Positions 1-11,342 are shown, numbered from the stretch's first letter. The stretch: 64,000 nucleotides of DNA from an uncultured Acetatifactor sp. (GCA_910580225.1 CAJTXE010000004.1:3821-67820), one strand, 5' to 3'. Made by a program: numbers and translations. The notes: generated from the letters alone by a model not told the origin.

Positions 1-452
1 CTCAGAGGGAGCTGACCAGGCTGGAGTACCGGATGCAGTGGGAAGAGGCTTTTCTGAAATACCTGAAAAAACTGGAGGAAACGAAGCCTGTCATCTACTG
101 CGGGGACCTGAATGTGGCCCATCAGGAGATTGATTTGAAAAACCCGAAGACAAACCACAACAATGCCGGCTTTACGGACAAGGAGAGGAATTGTTTCAGC
201 AAAGTTCTGGAGAACGGATTTGTAGACACCTTCCGCTATTTCTATCCGGATGAGAAGGATGTCTATTCCTGGTGGTCTTACATGGGCCAGGCCAGGGCGA
301 AGAATGTAGGGTGGCGCATTGACTATTTTGTGGTGTCCGAGATTCTGAAGGACAAGCTTGCAGACGCGAAGATCCATTCCCGGGTGATGGGTTCGGACCA
401 TTGCCCGGTGGAACTGGATTTGAAGGATGAGAAAGGAGTCGGGGAGGTATAA
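1..452 (+). CDS. xth: Exodeoxyribonuclease III / AP endonuclease (5'-truncated by window edge)
   Basis: GDLNVAH, YSWWSY, GWRIDYF and SDHCPV ExoIII motifs; frame is open back to the window edge. Confidence 0.95.
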   Translation, partial: QRELTRLEYRMQWEEAFLKYLKKLEETKPVIYCGDLNVAHQEIDLKNPKTNHNNAGFTDKERNCFSKVLENGFVDTFRYFYPDEKDVYSWWSYMGQARAKNVGWRIDYFVVSEILKDKLADAKIHSRVMGSDHCPVELDLKDEKGVGEV

Positions 453-453
453 A

Positions 454-2568
454 ATGAAATTTCAGCCCAAAACAACAGACTATCAGTTAAGTCCGTATAC
501 AGGACTGACTAGAGAGAGCTGGCTGGAAGCAGGCAGGTATCTTCTGGAAGGCATTTTTCAGAATATTGATGATTTCAGCAAGCCTGTGGTGATGCCGAGA
601 AAGGAGACGGAGATTACCTATCCTCATCTGAACGAATCTCCGGAGAACCAGGCGGTTCAGCGCACTGCCGAGGTATTTGAAGGACTGACCCGCTCCTTCT
701 TTATCGCGGCGCCGCTTATCGCCAGTCTGCCGGATCTGGAGATCTGCGGCTATTCGATGGCAGAATATTACAAAGACCATGTTCTCCGCGTGTGCACAAA
801 AGGAGATGTACTCTATGTGGGCACCTATGAGGATCAGCAGAAGATCGTTGGGAAGGCGGATCCTTTCCGGACCTTCCAGCAGACCGTGGAAACCTGCGCG
901 CTGGTGATCTGTCTGTGGGTCAGCAGGGAGCAGATCTGGGACACTTACACGAAGGCGGAGAAGGATAGCATTGCACATTTCCTGGACGGTTATGCACATG
1001 CCAGTACAGTTCCTCAGAACTGGCGTCTGTTTAATATGTTGGATATGGCCTTCCTGAATATGGAGGGCTACCCCATCCGGAAGGACGTGATGAGGGACCA
1101 TGCCCAGGCGATTCTGAACTATTATGCAGGAGACGGATGGTATCGGGACGGGCATTGTTTTGATTATTACTCCTGCTGGGCGTTCAATGTATATGCTCCA
1201 ATCTGGAATCTCTGGTACGGTTATGAAAACGAACCCTACATAGCCGGGCAGTTTGAGGAGAATTCCAATAAGCTGATGGAAACCTATGGGGACTTCTTTG
1301 ACAGAGACGGCTGGACAAATATGTGGGGGCGCAGCAATATTTACCGCAATGCCGCCACCAGTGCCTTTGACGGCAATCTGATGATGCCGGGGGGGAAGGC
1401 GGATCCGGGGCGGGCGAGAAGGATCTCTTCCGGTTCTCTGATGCAGTTTCTGGGCAGAGAAGATTTCCTGTATCAGGGTGTGCCGACCCTTGGATTCTAT
1501 GGACAGTTTTCACCTCTGGTGCAGGGATATTCCTGTGCGGAGTCGCCGCTCTGGCTGGGGAAGGCCTTCCTCTGCCTGCATCTGCCGGCAGATCACCCGT
1601 TCTGGACGGAGAAGGAGAATAACGGTCCCTGGGATACCATGACGGAAAAGGAGATTCGCGAGACCTGTCTGGACGGTCCGGCCCTGTGTTTTTCCAACCA
1701 TCAGGCAAACGGAGAAACCATCCTGCGCACGGGCAAAGTAGTAAAAGCCCCCCGGGATACCCATGGCATGTGGAATTATTCCAAGCTTTGTTACAATACC
1801 AAGTATCCCTGGGAGGCGGCTCCGGCGGGCAGTGGGGCTGAGGAGAACAGAGCTGTCATATCCTGGGCAGAGGCACAGCAGTATGTTCTGCGGGACGGTA
1901 CCGCATATCCGGAGGGCACTGTAAATCCCGGCGGAGCAGGAAAGGCGAATGTTACGTTCTGGCATGGTCAGAGAGAGGGCATATTGTACCGCAGGCAGTT
2001 TTTTGATTATCATGGGGAGGCGGAAGCCCACTGGATACAGGCCATCAATTTGGCGGATTTTCCGGTATCCTGCGGGATTCTGCGGGTGGATAAGCTGCGT
2101 CTGCACAGGGCGCCGGTATCGCTGACACTGGGGTCATATGGATTTCCGGATAACGGCACAGAGGTGGCGGAGAAATCCTGCGGTTCTGCCAGGGCTGTTA
2201 TATTGAAGGGCAGGGATGCCGCAGGCAGGGAAAAGCAAATGGCAATGACGATTTATGACGGGTGGAAGGAATTGTCTGTATTGCACAGCCATGGGACAAA
2301 TCCGGATTCTGACAAATCCGTCATAATTTGCGCTTCCATGGGACGGGAACAACAATATGGAGGTTTCGAACCCTATGTGCTGATTTCACAGGTCATCACA
2401 AAGGAGAGTCATGAGGACTTTGGAGAGGAGGAATTATTTCCCATTGCAGAGGTGGTGTATACGGATCCGGAGGGATGCGGAAGTTATGGTCCGGTGATGC
2501 TGCGGATGAAGGACGGAAGTGTCAGGAGGGTGAGTTACGAGGGAATGGAAGGCTGTCTGATGCTGTAA
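454..2568 (+). CDS. DUF2264-family protein (possible glycoside hydrolase, GH154-like)
   Basis: FEGLTR, NWRLF, Y-x-GDGWY-x-DG, FDYY and WGRS-x-x-YR-x-A motifs typical of DUF2264; GGAGG RBS before ATG 454. Confidence 0.75.
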   Translation: MKFQPKTTDYQLSPYTGLTRESWLEAGRYLLEGIFQNIDDFSKPVVMPRKETEITYPHLNESPENQAVQRTAEVFEGLTRSFFIAAPLIASLPDLEICGYSMAEYYKDHVLRVCTKGDVLYVGTYEDQQKIVGKADPFRTFQQTVETCALVICLWVSREQIWDTYTKAEKDSIAHFLDGYAHASTVPQNWRLFNMLDMAFLNMEGYPIRKDVMRDHAQAILNYYAGDGWYRDGHCFDYYSCWAFNVYAPIWNLWYGYENEPYIAGQFEENSNKLMETYGDFFDRDGWTNMWGRSNIYRNAATSAFDGNLMMPGGKADPGRARRISSGSLMQFLGREDFLYQGVPTLGFYGQFSPLVQGYSCAESPLWLGKAFLCLHLPADHPFWTEKENNGPWDTMTEKEIRETCLDGPALCFSNHQANGETILRTGKVVKAPRDTHGMWNYSKLCYNTKYPWEAAPAGSGAEENRAVISWAEAQQYVLRDGTAYPEGTVNPGGAGKANVTFWHGQREGILYRRQFFDYHGEAEAHWIQAINLADFPVSCGILRVDKLRLHRAPVSLTLGSYGFPDNGTEVAEKSCGSARAVILKGRDAAGREKQMAMTIYDGWKELSVLHSHGTNPDSDKSVIICASMGREQQYGGFEPYVLISQVITKESHEDFGEEELFPIAEVVYTDPEGCGSYGPVMLRMKDGSVRRVSYEGMEGCLML

Positions 2569-2866
2569 GAAGTCAGGGGTACAGGCATTGTGAAAGAGGT
2601 CTGGCAGGACGTGCACTGCGCGTTTGGCCGGGCCTTTTCTACGGAAGAGTAACGGATTTCCTGACAGGAGCAGGAAGATCAATCAAATCGTGTGCCGGTC
2701 ATCATTTTATGCAAATGATTTTTAGGAAAATCTTATGCGGAAAGTTACGAGTGCGTTACATCATACGGTTAAAATGAATGAAAGGAAATGGAATCCAGGA
2801 CCGCAGGAAAAGAATGGCGGAGAAACCATCCGGATAAATCCGTTCTGGAGTAAGAGGAGGTTCATC

Positions 2867-4270
2867 ATGAGGATACGAAGCAGACTGGCAGTTCTGTGTG
2901 CAAAAATGGTGTGTGCAGTCATTCGAATACTGGGAAAGGGCAGCGGTTCTGCTTTTCCGGGCTATGTGGCCAGACGCATTGACCCGGAAATCCTGTCCGT
3001 GCTGTCAGGCATGGTTCGAAAAAAGATCATCGCCGTAACGGGAACCAACGGAAAAACCACTACAAACAGTATACTGTATCATGCTCTGAAAGCGGAGGGG
3101 CAGAAGGTGGTGTATAACAGTATGGGAGCCAATCTGCTGGACGGCGTTATCTCCGCTTTTATTCAGGCTGCCGGGAAGAGCGGCCGCCTGGATGCGGATT
3201 ACGCCTGTCTGGAAGTGGATGAGATGGCGAGTACAGGCGTTTTCCCAGGGCTTTCTCCAAACTGTATTCTCCTTACCAATTTGTTTCGGGATCAGCTGGA
3301 CCGGACCGGAGAAGTGGATCTGGTCAGAGACAGGATTCAAAAGGCTGCGGAGGAAGTGCCGGGGGCGGTACTGGTCGTAAATTGTGATGATATCTGCTCC
3401 TGGACATTGGGATGGGGCTGCGGAAATCCGGTGTTGACCTATGGAATCAGTGAGAAGCTGGCGGAAGGTCTTCCGGGAGGGCCCAGGGAGACCGAATTCT
3501 GTCCTTTCTGCGGAGAAAGACTTGTGTATACCTTTTTTCAGTATGGGCAGCTGGGGATTTATCGCTGCCCCGGCTGCGGGATGGAACGGCCCCGGCCAGA
3601 CATCAGTGCGTCGGACATTTTCTGGAGCGGCGGCACCTGCTCCATTACGCTGGACGGACACCCTGTCCGAGCCGGAGCCAGGGCACCCTATAATGTATAC
3701 AATATACTTTCGGCGTATGCCGTGTTGTGTGCCATGGATGCACCCAGGGGACATTTTGGGGAGACCATAGGGAGATTTGACTACGGGAATTGCCGGGAGG
3801 GCAGTTTTCGGATCCGGAAGAGCCGGGTACAGCTCTATCTGGCCAAGAATCCCGTGGGATTTCAACAGAAGCTGTTTCTGCTGTTAAAGGATCCGGAGCC
3901 GAAGGATGTGGTGATTCAGATCAATGACACCAGGCTGGACGGAGAGGATGTTTCCTGGCTGTGGGATGTGGATTATCGGGTTCTGAACAGGGCAAATGCC
4001 GCTACGGTCACCACAGGTGGGGCACGGGGCGGAGATATGGAACTATGTTTAAAGTATAACGATATTTCTTGTAAGTATAACCGGAACTTAAAGGAGACCG
4101 TGGAAAAACTGACTGCAGAGGGAAGCCGCAATTTATATATTATAACAAATTATTCCGGTCTGTACACAACCAACCGGATGCTGCAGAAACTGCAGGAGCG
4201 GGGAAAGGACGGCGTATGCCATGAGACTTGTTATAGGACATCTGTATCCGGATCTGTTTCATCTGTATAG
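2867..4270 (+). CDS. murT: Lipid II isoglutaminyl synthase subunit MurT (Mur ligase + DUF1727)
   Basis: VTGTNGKTTT, LFRDQLDR, CPFC/CPGC zinc finger, KNPVG, DG-x-DVSWLWD; upstream of gatD; GAGGAGG RBS. Confidence 0.9.
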   Translation: MRIRSRLAVLCAKMVCAVIRILGKGSGSAFPGYVARRIDPEILSVLSGMVRKKIIAVTGTNGKTTTNSILYHALKAEGQKVVYNSMGANLLDGVISAFIQAAGKSGRLDADYACLEVDEMASTGVFPGLSPNCILLTNLFRDQLDRTGEVDLVRDRIQKAAEEVPGAVLVVNCDDICSWTLGWGCGNPVLTYGISEKLAEGLPGGPRETEFCPFCGERLVYTFFQYGQLGIYRCPGCGMERPRPDISASDIFWSGGTCSITLDGHPVRAGARAPYNVYNILSAYAVLCAMDAPRGHFGETIGRFDYGNCREGSFRIRKSRVQLYLAKNPVGFQQKLFLLLKDPEPKDVVIQINDTRLDGEDVSWLWDVDYRVLNRANAATVTTGGARGGDMELCLKYNDISCKYNRNLKETVEKLTAEGSRNLYIITNYSGLYTTNRMLQKLQERGKDGVCHETCYRTSVSGSVSSV

Positions 4271-4949
4271 TGACAGAGGAAATGTATGTTGTCTGCAGAA
4301 ACGCCTTCAGTGGCGGGGGATAGAGGCAGAGGTGACGCCGATTCTGTTTGGTGAGCGGATTGACTTTGCCGGCATGGACATCCTCTGCTGGGGCGGTGCA
4401 TCGGACAGGGGACAGGAGATGGCTGCCGGGCACCTGCCCAAGATCAGGCAGGATTTCAGAGCCTATGTGGAGGACGGGGGAGTGGTGCTGGCGATCTGTG
4501 CCGCCTATCAGCTTTTGGGGAGGTATTACAGGACGGAGAAAAAGAAGGTGGAGGGTCTGGGCGTCCTGGATATCTGCACGGAGTGGAGGCCGGGGCGCCT
4601 GGTGGGAAACATTGTGCTGGAAAGTCCGCTTTTCACTGCGCCTGTGGTGGGATTTGAGAACCATGCCGGCCGCACTGAGATCGGGGAATACACACCGCTG
4701 GGCAATGTGCTCTTCGGACATGGAAATATGGGGAGGGGAGATTATGAGGGGCTTGTCTATAAAAATGTCATTGCCACATATCTTCATGGTCCGCTGCTGC
4801 CCAAGAATCCTCAGATCTGCGACGTACTGCTGAAACGTGCTCTGAAACGCAGGTACGGACGGGAGATCAGTCTGGATCCGCTTCCCGATGAGGAGGAATA
4901 TCGGGCAAACCGGCAGATTGCGGAACGGTATACGAGATCTTCTGTTTAG
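4221..4949 (+). CDS. gatD: Glutamine amidotransferase GatD (CobQ-like)
   Basis: LAIC-x-x-YQLLG, GFENH, TYLHGPLLPKN; overlaps the end of murT. Confidence 0.9.
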   Translation: MRLVIGHLYPDLFHLYSDRGNVCCLQKRLQWRGIEAEVTPILFGERIDFAGMDILCWGGASDRGQEMAAGHLPKIRQDFRAYVEDGGVVLAICAAYQLLGRYYRTEKKKVEGLGVLDICTEWRPGRLVGNIVLESPLFTAPVVGFENHAGRTEIGEYTPLGNVLFGHGNMGRGDYEGLVYKNVIATYLHGPLLPKNPQICDVLLKRALKRRYGREISLDPLPDEEEYRANRQIAERYTRSSV

Positions 4950-5095
4950 CGAATTGATTTTATTACGGCTGTGAGGCTTATTGCTTTCTGACAGTTGCCG
5001 TTTTTTGGGTTCTATGTTATACTGGGACTGGATCTGCCCGGCGGCGGCTGGAGACATTCCGACAGCCGCCAGGGGATACCGACAGGAGGAAGACA

Positions 5096-5626
5096 ATGGT
5101 ACTTTCAGATAAGACGATTTACAGAATGCTGGAGGAGGGAACTCTGACGATTTTTCCCATGGAAAGGGAGCAGGTGCAGCCTGCCAGTGTGGACATACGC
5201 CTGGGTAATACCTTCAGTATTGTGGAGGATTCCCCTACCGGAATCATCACTCTGGATAAGGAGATCAAATATAAGACCATCACCAGCGATACCTATGTTC
5301 TGCTGCCGAATCAGTTCGTCCTTGCCACCACCATGGAATATTTTGAGCTGCCGGACGATCTGACTGCCTTCGTGGAGGGCAGAAGTTCCCTGGGGCGGAT
5401 GGGACTGTTTATCCAAAATGCGGGATGGGTGGACCCAGGGTTCAAAGGTGAGATCACGCTTGAATTATACAATGTGAACCGCTGTGCCATTGAGCTGAAG
5501 GCCGGACGCAGAGTGGGACAGCTGGTTTTTTCGCGGATGGATGACACAGCCATGCACCCCTACCATGGTAAATATCAGGGGCAGAAGGGCGCTACAGGTT
5601 CAAAAGCCTTTCTGGATAAATGCTAA
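5096..5626 (+). CDS. dcd: dCTP deaminase
   Basis: QPASVD-x-RLG, GRSSLGR-x-GL, AGWVDPGF-x-G-x-ITLE, Y-x-GKYQGQ. Confidence 0.95.
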   Translation: MVLSDKTIYRMLEEGTLTIFPMEREQVQPASVDIRLGNTFSIVEDSPTGIITLDKEIKYKTITSDTYVLLPNQFVLATTMEYFELPDDLTAFVEGRSSLGRMGLFIQNAGWVDPGFKGEITLELYNVNRCAIELKAGRRVGQLVFSRMDDTAMHPYHGKYQGQKGATGSKAFLDKC

Positions 5627-6093
5627 TATGTGTTCCAGTCGCAGGCAGCCCCCAACAGCGCTGCGCACTGTTCCAGGCCCACACGGTCAGCCTCAGAGAA
5701 GCGGTGAAAGACAGGGCTGTCGATATCTAATACTGCAGTCAGGTTTTCTCCCTGAAAAACAGGAACCACAATCTCTGAATTGGAAGCGCCGTCGCAGGCA
5801 ATATGTCCCGGAAATTCATGTACATTGGGGACAATCTGGGTGACGCCGCTGAGGGCAGCGGTTCCGCATACACCTTTTCCAAAGGCAATTCTGACACAGG
5901 CCGGTCTGCCCTGGAAGGGGCCCAGCACAAGCGTCCCATTCCGCACCAGGTAAAATCCCACCCAGTTAATGTCCTCCAGGTTCATGTGCAGCACGGCGCC
6001 GGCATTGGACAGATTTGCGATGGTATCGGTCTCGGCATCTGTCACTGCCTTCAGCTGTGACAGAAGAAACGGATAATCGGTCTGGTAGTTCAT
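5623..6093 (-). CDS. msrC: GAF-domain free methionine-(R)-sulfoxide reductase
   Basis: NWVGFY, LGPFQG-x-PAC, GKGVCG, FPGHIACD, SEIVVP, LDIDS. Confidence 0.9.
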   Translation of the reverse strand: MNYQTDYPFLLSQLKAVTDAETDTIANLSNAGAVLHMNLEDINWVGFYLVRNGTLVLGPFQGRPACVRIAFGKGVCGTAALSGVTQIVPNVHEFPGHIACDGASNSEIVVPVFQGENLTAVLDIDSPVFHRFSEADRVGLEQCAALLGAACDWNTY

Positions 6094-6199
6094 TGTGATG
6101 ATTCCTTTCCTTGTATTCTTTGTAAGACGGTCAGGTTCTCTGACATTTTCGTTGTCAGTTCCATTATACTATAATTGAAAAATTTTACCAGATATACTC

Positions 6200-6228
6200 T
6201 TGACATTTTCTTCTAATGGAGTTATTAT
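6200..6228 (+). promoter_or_regulatory. Sigma-A promoter of the fab operon
   Basis: TTGACA (6200-6205), 17-bp spacer, TATTAT (6223-6228). Confidence 0.8.
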
Positions 6229-6234
6229 CTAGAA

Positions 6235-6266
6235 AGTTTGATATTCAAATATTTTGATATTCAAAC
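6235..6266. promoter_or_regulatory. Two tandem FabT-type operator palindromes
   Basis: TTTGATATTCAAA twice, just downstream of the -10; resembles FabT boxes of streptococci/enterococci; a MarR gene is in the same cluster. Confidence 0.75.
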
Positions 6267-6344
6267 AAAAAGAATTCCATACGAGTTTATATGGCTTTTC
6301 AAACTACGTTAAAAATGGCAGGAAAAAGAAAAGGAGAAAAGGGT

Positions 6345-6581
6345 ATGTTTGAGAAATTGAAAGCAGTCATTGAGGAAAAATTGAATGCAGAAGGAACACA
6401 GATTACGGAAAGTACTCGTTTTAAGGAAGATCTGGACGCGGATTCTCTGGATCTGTTTGAGATGGTTATGGCACTGGAGGATGAATTCGGCATTGAGATT
6501 CCCTCTGAGGACCTGGAGAAGATGCTGACAGTGGGGGATGTTATGACCTATCTGACAGAAAAGGGCGTGGATGTGGAATAA
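6345..6581 (+). CDS. acpP: Acyl carrier protein (FASII)
   Basis: EDLDADSLD, LEDEFGIEIP; AGGAG RBS. Confidence 0.95.
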   Translation: MFEKLKAVIEEKLNAEGTQITESTRFKEDLDADSLDLFEMVMALEDEFGIEIPSEDLEKMLTVGDVMTYLTEKGVDVE

Positions 6582-6593
6582 AAGAGGACGGAT

Positions 6594-7532
6594 ATGAAGA
6601 CAAGAGTAACGGAACTTCTGGGAATCGAATATCCGGTCATTCAGGGAGGCATGGCATGGGTGGCGGAATATCACCTTGCGGCGGCGGTTTCCGAGGCCGG
6701 CGGTTTCGGCATTTTGGGAGCCGGCGGTGCCGGAGCAGATTTTGTGAGGGAACAGATCCGCAGGTGCAGGGAACTGACAGATAAGCCTTTCGGACTGAAT
6801 ATCATGCTGATGAATCCGGAGGCGGATAAAATAGCCCGGGTTGCGGTGGAAGAAGGCGTGAAAGCTGTGACCACCGGTGCAGGTAATCCGGGTAAATACA
6901 TGGCCGCATGGAAGGAAGCAGGCATCCGGGTCATTCCCGTAGTGGCAAGTGTGGCCATGGCGAGAATGATGGAGCGGGCAGGTGCGGATGCCCTGGTGGC
7001 AGAAGGAATGGAATCCGGCGGACATATCGGTTCCACCACAACATTTGCGCTGGTTCCGCAGGTGGCGGACGCAGTGAAAATCCCGGTTATTGCAGCCGGA
7101 GGTATCGCGGACGGCCGGGGCTTTGCGGCGGCATTTATGTTGGGAGCCGAGGCTGTACAGTTGGGAACCCGTTTTGTTGCGGCAAGCGAATCCACGGTTC
7201 ACGCTAATTATAAGCAGAAGATCATTGCAGCAAAAGACATCGACTCCGAGGTGACAGGGATGAGCCATGGGCATCCTGTCAGACAGCTCCGCAACAGCAT
7301 GACCAGGGAGTATCTTAAGCGGGAAAAGGCGGGTGCGTCTTTTGAGGAACTGGAACAGATGACTCTGGGAGCGCTGCGGAAAGCGGTAGTGGAGGGTGAT
7401 ACGGCAGGCGGTACCCTCATGGCAGGACAGATAGCGGGACTTGTAAAAAAAGAAGAAAGCTGCCGTGAAATCATCCGTGATATCATGGAGCACGGCATGC
7501 AGTTGTTATCCGGCGAGGGGCGGGCAAAATAA
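6594..7532 (+). CDS. fabK: Enoyl-ACP reductase FabK
   Basis: YPVIQGGMAWV, EG-x-ESGGHIG, AAGGIADGRG, MAGQIAG. Confidence 0.95.
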   Translation: MKTRVTELLGIEYPVIQGGMAWVAEYHLAAAVSEAGGFGILGAGGAGADFVREQIRRCRELTDKPFGLNIMLMNPEADKIARVAVEEGVKAVTTGAGNPGKYMAAWKEAGIRVIPVVASVAMARMMERAGADALVAEGMESGGHIGSTTTFALVPQVADAVKIPVIAAGGIADGRGFAAAFMLGAEAVQLGTRFVAASESTVHANYKQKIIAAKDIDSEVTGMSHGHPVRQLRNSMTREYLKREKAGASFEELEQMTLGALRKAVVEGDTAGGTLMAGQIAGLVKKEESCREIIRDIMEHGMQLLSGEGRAK

Positions 7533-7587
7533 AAACAGCGTCGGCCATGATCTGATACGGCGGGTGCGGAATTGGAATCGGTATCGT

Positions 7588-8520
7588 ATGAAGACAGCAT
7601 TATTATTTCCGGGTCAGGGTGCCCAGTACTGCGGTATGGGAAAAGACTTTTGTGATACCTTTGACACGGCGAAAAAAGTTTATGAGACTGCAGAAGAAGC
7701 CACCGGGCTGGATGTTAGAGAAATCTGCTTTACGGAGAATAACCGGCTGGACATCACGGAATATACTCAGATTGCCATGTTGGCAACGGAAACGGCAATT
7801 TTAAAAGTACTGGAAGAGAAGGGCCTGAAAGCGGACTGTGCCGCGGGTTTGAGCCTGGGAGAATACGGTGCGCTGGCAGCGGCAGAAGTGATGGAACTGC
7901 CGGAACTGTTCCGGTTGATTCGCTGCAGGGGAATTTTTATGCAGGAGGCGTATCCGGTGGGAGGAGCCATGACGGCAGTGCTTGGGTTGGATGCGGACAG
8001 GGTTCGCAGTGTCTGTGAAGAGACGGAAGGAATCGTCTCTATCGCAAATGATAACTGCCCGGGACAGATCGTGATCACCGGCGAGACCCAGGCGGTAGAG
8101 GCTGCTTCCGCCAGGCTGCTGGAGACAGGGGCAAAACGTTGCATCGCGCTGAATGTCAGCGGTCCTTTTCATTCCGGACTGCTTGCAGGCGCCGGGGAGA
8201 AGCTGGCGGCGGAATTGGAGCAGATCCGCGTAAACAATCCCCGGATTCCTTATATTTGTAATGTGGAGGCAGACTATGTGACAGAAGCTGCGCCCATAAA
8301 GACACTTTTGGCGAGACAGGTGTCGTCATCTGTGAGATGGCGGGAGAGCATGGAACGGCTTCTGGCGGATGGGGTGGATACTTTTATTGAGATCGGACCA
8401 GGCAGGACACTGGCGGGATTTCTGAAGAAAATCCGTCGGGACGTAAAGGTATTCAATGTGGCATCGGTTCCGGATCTGGAGGGGATACGAGAGTATCTGG
8501 ACAGAGAACAGGGTCTGTAA
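7588..8520 (+). CDS. fabD: Malonyl-CoA:ACP transacylase
   Basis: FPGQGAQ, GLSLGEY, VSGPFHS, EIGPG. Confidence 0.95.
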   Translation: MKTALLFPGQGAQYCGMGKDFCDTFDTAKKVYETAEEATGLDVREICFTENNRLDITEYTQIAMLATETAILKVLEEKGLKADCAAGLSLGEYGALAAAEVMELPELFRLIRCRGIFMQEAYPVGGAMTAVLGLDADRVRSVCEETEGIVSIANDNCPGQIVITGETQAVEAASARLLETGAKRCIALNVSGPFHSGLLAGAGEKLAAELEQIRVNNPRIPYICNVEADYVTEAAPIKTLLARQVSSSVRWRESMERLLADGVDTFIEIGPGRTLAGFLKKIRRDVKVFNVASVPDLEGIREYLDREQGL

Positions 8521-8644
8521 TAAGGAAAGCATCGGCGAAGCCGGTTTCCGTGAGCAGAAGCCGGGCGGCCTTGATCAGGGGGAAGCCGTAGTCGAAGCAG
8601 CGGGTTTCGGTGAGCGGAAACGTAAAGCCGGGGAAGGAGCAAAA

Positions 8645-9415
8645 ATGGAGACAACGGATAGAGAACCGGCGGGAGAGCTTGCCGGCAAAGTGGCATTGGT
8701 GACCGGTGCGGGACGGGGGATCGGTAGAAGTATCGCCTTGACGCTGGCCGGGCTGGGAGCAACGGTGCTGGTAAACTATAACGGTTCCAGGGAGCGTGCC
8801 CTGGAGGTGGTTGCGGAGATTGAGAAAAAAGGCGGACGGGGAGAAGCAGTGGGCTGTGATGTATCTGATTTTGCGGCCTGCGGCAGAATGGCGGAAGAAA
8901 TCATAGGGAAATACACCCGTCTGGATATCCTGGTGAACAATGCTGGCATTACAAAAGACGGCCTGATCATGGGTATGACTGAGGAGGCCTATGACAAAGT
9001 GCTGGACACGAATCTGAAAGGGGCATTCAACACCATCCGCCATCTGTCCCGATATTTTCTGAAGCAGCGCAGCGGCAGGATCATCAATATCAGTTCTGTG
9101 GCAGGTGTGGCAGGAAATGCCGGTCAGGCCAATTATGCGGCATCCAAAGCCGGACTGATCGGACTGACGAAGAGCGTGGCCAGGGAATTGGCAGGCAGAG
9201 GAATCTGTGTCAATGCCGTGGCGCCGGGATTCATCGATACGGAAATGACACAGGATTTGGCTGACAGAGTCAAACAGGGTGCGCTGGCATCCATTCCCAT
9301 GGGAAGGATGGGAACCGCGGAAGAAGTCGCGCAGCTGGTGGCGTTTCTGGCAGGAGGAAAGTCGGATTATATCACTGGCCAGGTGATCTGTGTGGATGGG
9401 GGTATGGTGATGTAG
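8645..9415 (+). CDS. fabG: 3-oxoacyl-ACP reductase
   Basis: TGAGRGIG, NNAGIT, YAASK, GQVI-x-VDGG; start chosen after GGAG RBS. Confidence 0.95.
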   Translation: METTDREPAGELAGKVALVTGAGRGIGRSIALTLAGLGATVLVNYNGSRERALEVVAEIEKKGGRGEAVGCDVSDFAACGRMAEEIIGKYTRLDILVNNAGITKDGLIMGMTEEAYDKVLDTNLKGAFNTIRHLSRYFLKQRSGRIINISSVAGVAGNAGQANYAASKAGLIGLTKSVARELAGRGICVNAVAPGFIDTEMTQDLADRVKQGALASIPMGRMGTAEEVAQLVAFLAGGKSDYITGQVICVDGGMVM

Positions 9416-9577
9416 ACAGGCCGGTTTTGCCGAGGACAGGCATGGCCGGGCAGAAAATTGAGGGCAGATCCTCCGGGCAGAGGATTTCTCCGGGAGATGC
9501 CTTTGGGGGCAGAGGTATGCGGACAGGATACGGAACCGGGAAACCTGCCGTAAAGGGAAAGGATGGAAGGCGGATAG

Positions 9578-10807
9578 ATGAAAAGAAGAGTAGTAGTGAC
9601 AGGCATGGGAGCAGTGACTCCCATCGGCGTGGGCATGGAAGCTTTCTGGGACAGCATCAGAGCCGGCAGAATTGGTTTCGCACCCATTACCCGGTTTGAC
9701 ACCGCGGATTATAAGTGCAAGCTGGCGGCTGAGGTGAAGAATTTCCGTCCCGAAGAATATATGGACAAAAAAGCGGCCAGGCGTATGGACCCTTTTTGTC
9801 AGTATGCGGTTGCCGCGGCGGGCGAAGCGCTTCGGGATGCAGAACTGGATCTGGAAAAGGAGGATGCCTACAGGATAGGCTGTTTTGTAGGCAGCGGTGT
9901 GGGCAGTCTGCAGGCAGTGGAGCGGGAATACGGCAAACTGCTGGAGAAGGGGCCGTCCCGGGTAAGTCCCCTCTTTGTCCCCATGATGATTTCCAACATG
10001 GCGGCAGGGAATGTGAGCATTGCATATGGACTGAAGGGAAAGAGTCTGAATGTGGTGACAGCCTGTGCCACGGGGACCAATTCCATCGGAGAGGCATTCC
10101 GCTCCGTTCAGTACGGAGAACTGGATGCCTGTGTGGCAGGCGGCGCGGAAAGCACGGTGACGCCTATGGGAATTGCAGGATTTTCCGCACTGACAGCACT
10201 GTCAGAAAGTACGGATCCGGAGAGATGTTCCATCCCTTTTGACAAGGAAAGGGACGGATTTGTCATGGGAGAAGGGGCAGGGATCGTGGTACTGGAAGAA
10301 CTGGAACATGCCAGAAAGCGCGGCGCTCACATTTATGCAGAGGTGCTGGGATATGGCTGCTCCTCAGATGCTTACCATATTACGTCTCCTGCAGAGGACG
10401 GAGCAGGTGCCGCAAGGGCCATGTTGAATGCCCTGGAGGACGGGGGCAGAAAGCCGGAAGAGCTGACTTATATCAATGCTCACGGCACGGGAACACATCA
10501 CAATGACCTGTTTGAGACCAGAGCCGTGAAACTGGCATTCGGAGCACATGCAGAGAAGCTGCGGATCAATTCAACCAAATCCATGATCGGTCATCTGCTA
10601 GGAGCAGCAGGCGCGGTGGAATTTATCACCTGCGTGAAGACTGTACAGGAAGGATTCATCCATGCAACAGTGGGTCTGCGGGAGACGGAAGGCGAGATGG
10701 ATCTGAATTACTGCAGGAAGAGTTATGAAGAAGAGGTTCCCTTTGCACTGAGCAATTCTCTGGGCTTCGGGGGACATAATACCAGCATCCTGGTAGGCAG
10801 GATCTAA
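9578..10807 (+). CDS. fabF: Beta-ketoacyl-ACP synthase II
   Basis: RRVVVTG-x-[31 protein letters not shown]. Confidence 0.95.
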   Translation: MKRRVVVTGMGAVTPIGVGMEAFWDSIRAGRIGFAPITRFDTADYKCKLAAEVKNFRPEEYMDKKAARRMDPFCQYAVAAAGEALRDAELDLEKEDAYRIGCFVGSGVGSLQAVEREYGKLLEKGPSRVSPLFVPMMISNMAAGNVSIAYGLKGKSLNVVTACATGTNSIGEAFRSVQYGELDACVAGGAESTVTPMGIAGFSALTALSESTDPERCSIPFDKERDGFVMGEGAGIVVLEELEHARKRGAHIYAEVLGYGCSSDAYHITSPAEDGAGAARAMLNALEDGGRKPEELTYINAHGTGTHHNDLFETRAVKLAFGAHAEKLRINSTKSMIGHLLGAAGAVEFITCVKTVQEGFIHATVGLRETEGEMDLNYCRKSYEEEVPFALSNSLGFGGHNTSILVGRI

Positions 10808-10853
10808 GGAAGCGGCAGAGACCAGGATGAAACCACAGACAGGAGTATGCGAG

Positions 10854-11282
10854 ATGGCCATATATACTGCACAGGAAATCATGGATATCATTCCCCACAG
10901 ATATCCCTTTTTGCTGATTGACACCATAGAGGAGCTGGAAGAGGGGGTGCGTGCACTGGGGAAAAAGTGCGTCAGTGTGAACGAACCTTATTTTCAGGGA
11001 CATTTTCCGGGAAATCCCGTCATGCCCGGGGTATTGATTTTGGAGGCATTGGCACAAGTGGGGGCGGTTGCCATCCTTTCCCGCCCGGAATGGAAGGGGA
11101 AAACGGCTTATTTTGCCGGTATTGAAAAAGCGAAATTCCGCAGTAAAGTGTTCCCCGGAGACGTGCTGATGCTGGAAACCGAGATCATCAAGACAAAGGG
11201 CCCCATAGGGGTAGGCAGGGCAAAGGCGTATGTAAATGGTAAAACGGCGGCAGAAGCAGAACTGACCTTCGCCGTTGGTTAA
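10854..11282 (+). CDS. fabZ: 3-hydroxyacyl-ACP dehydratase
   Basis: [18 protein letters not shown]-x-PVMPGVL. Confidence 0.95.
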   Translation: MAIYTAQEIMDIIPHRYPFLLIDTIEELEEGVRALGKKCVSVNEPYFQGHFPGNPVMPGVLILEALAQVGAVAILSRPEWKGKTAYFAGIEKAKFRSKVFPGDVLMLETEIIKTKGPIGVGRAKAYVNGKTAAEAELTFAVG

Positions 11283-11342
11283 AGGGATGTCAGGCAGAGA
11301 GGGGCGGAAACCGGAAAACATGTGGGAGACGGGAGTAAAGCG

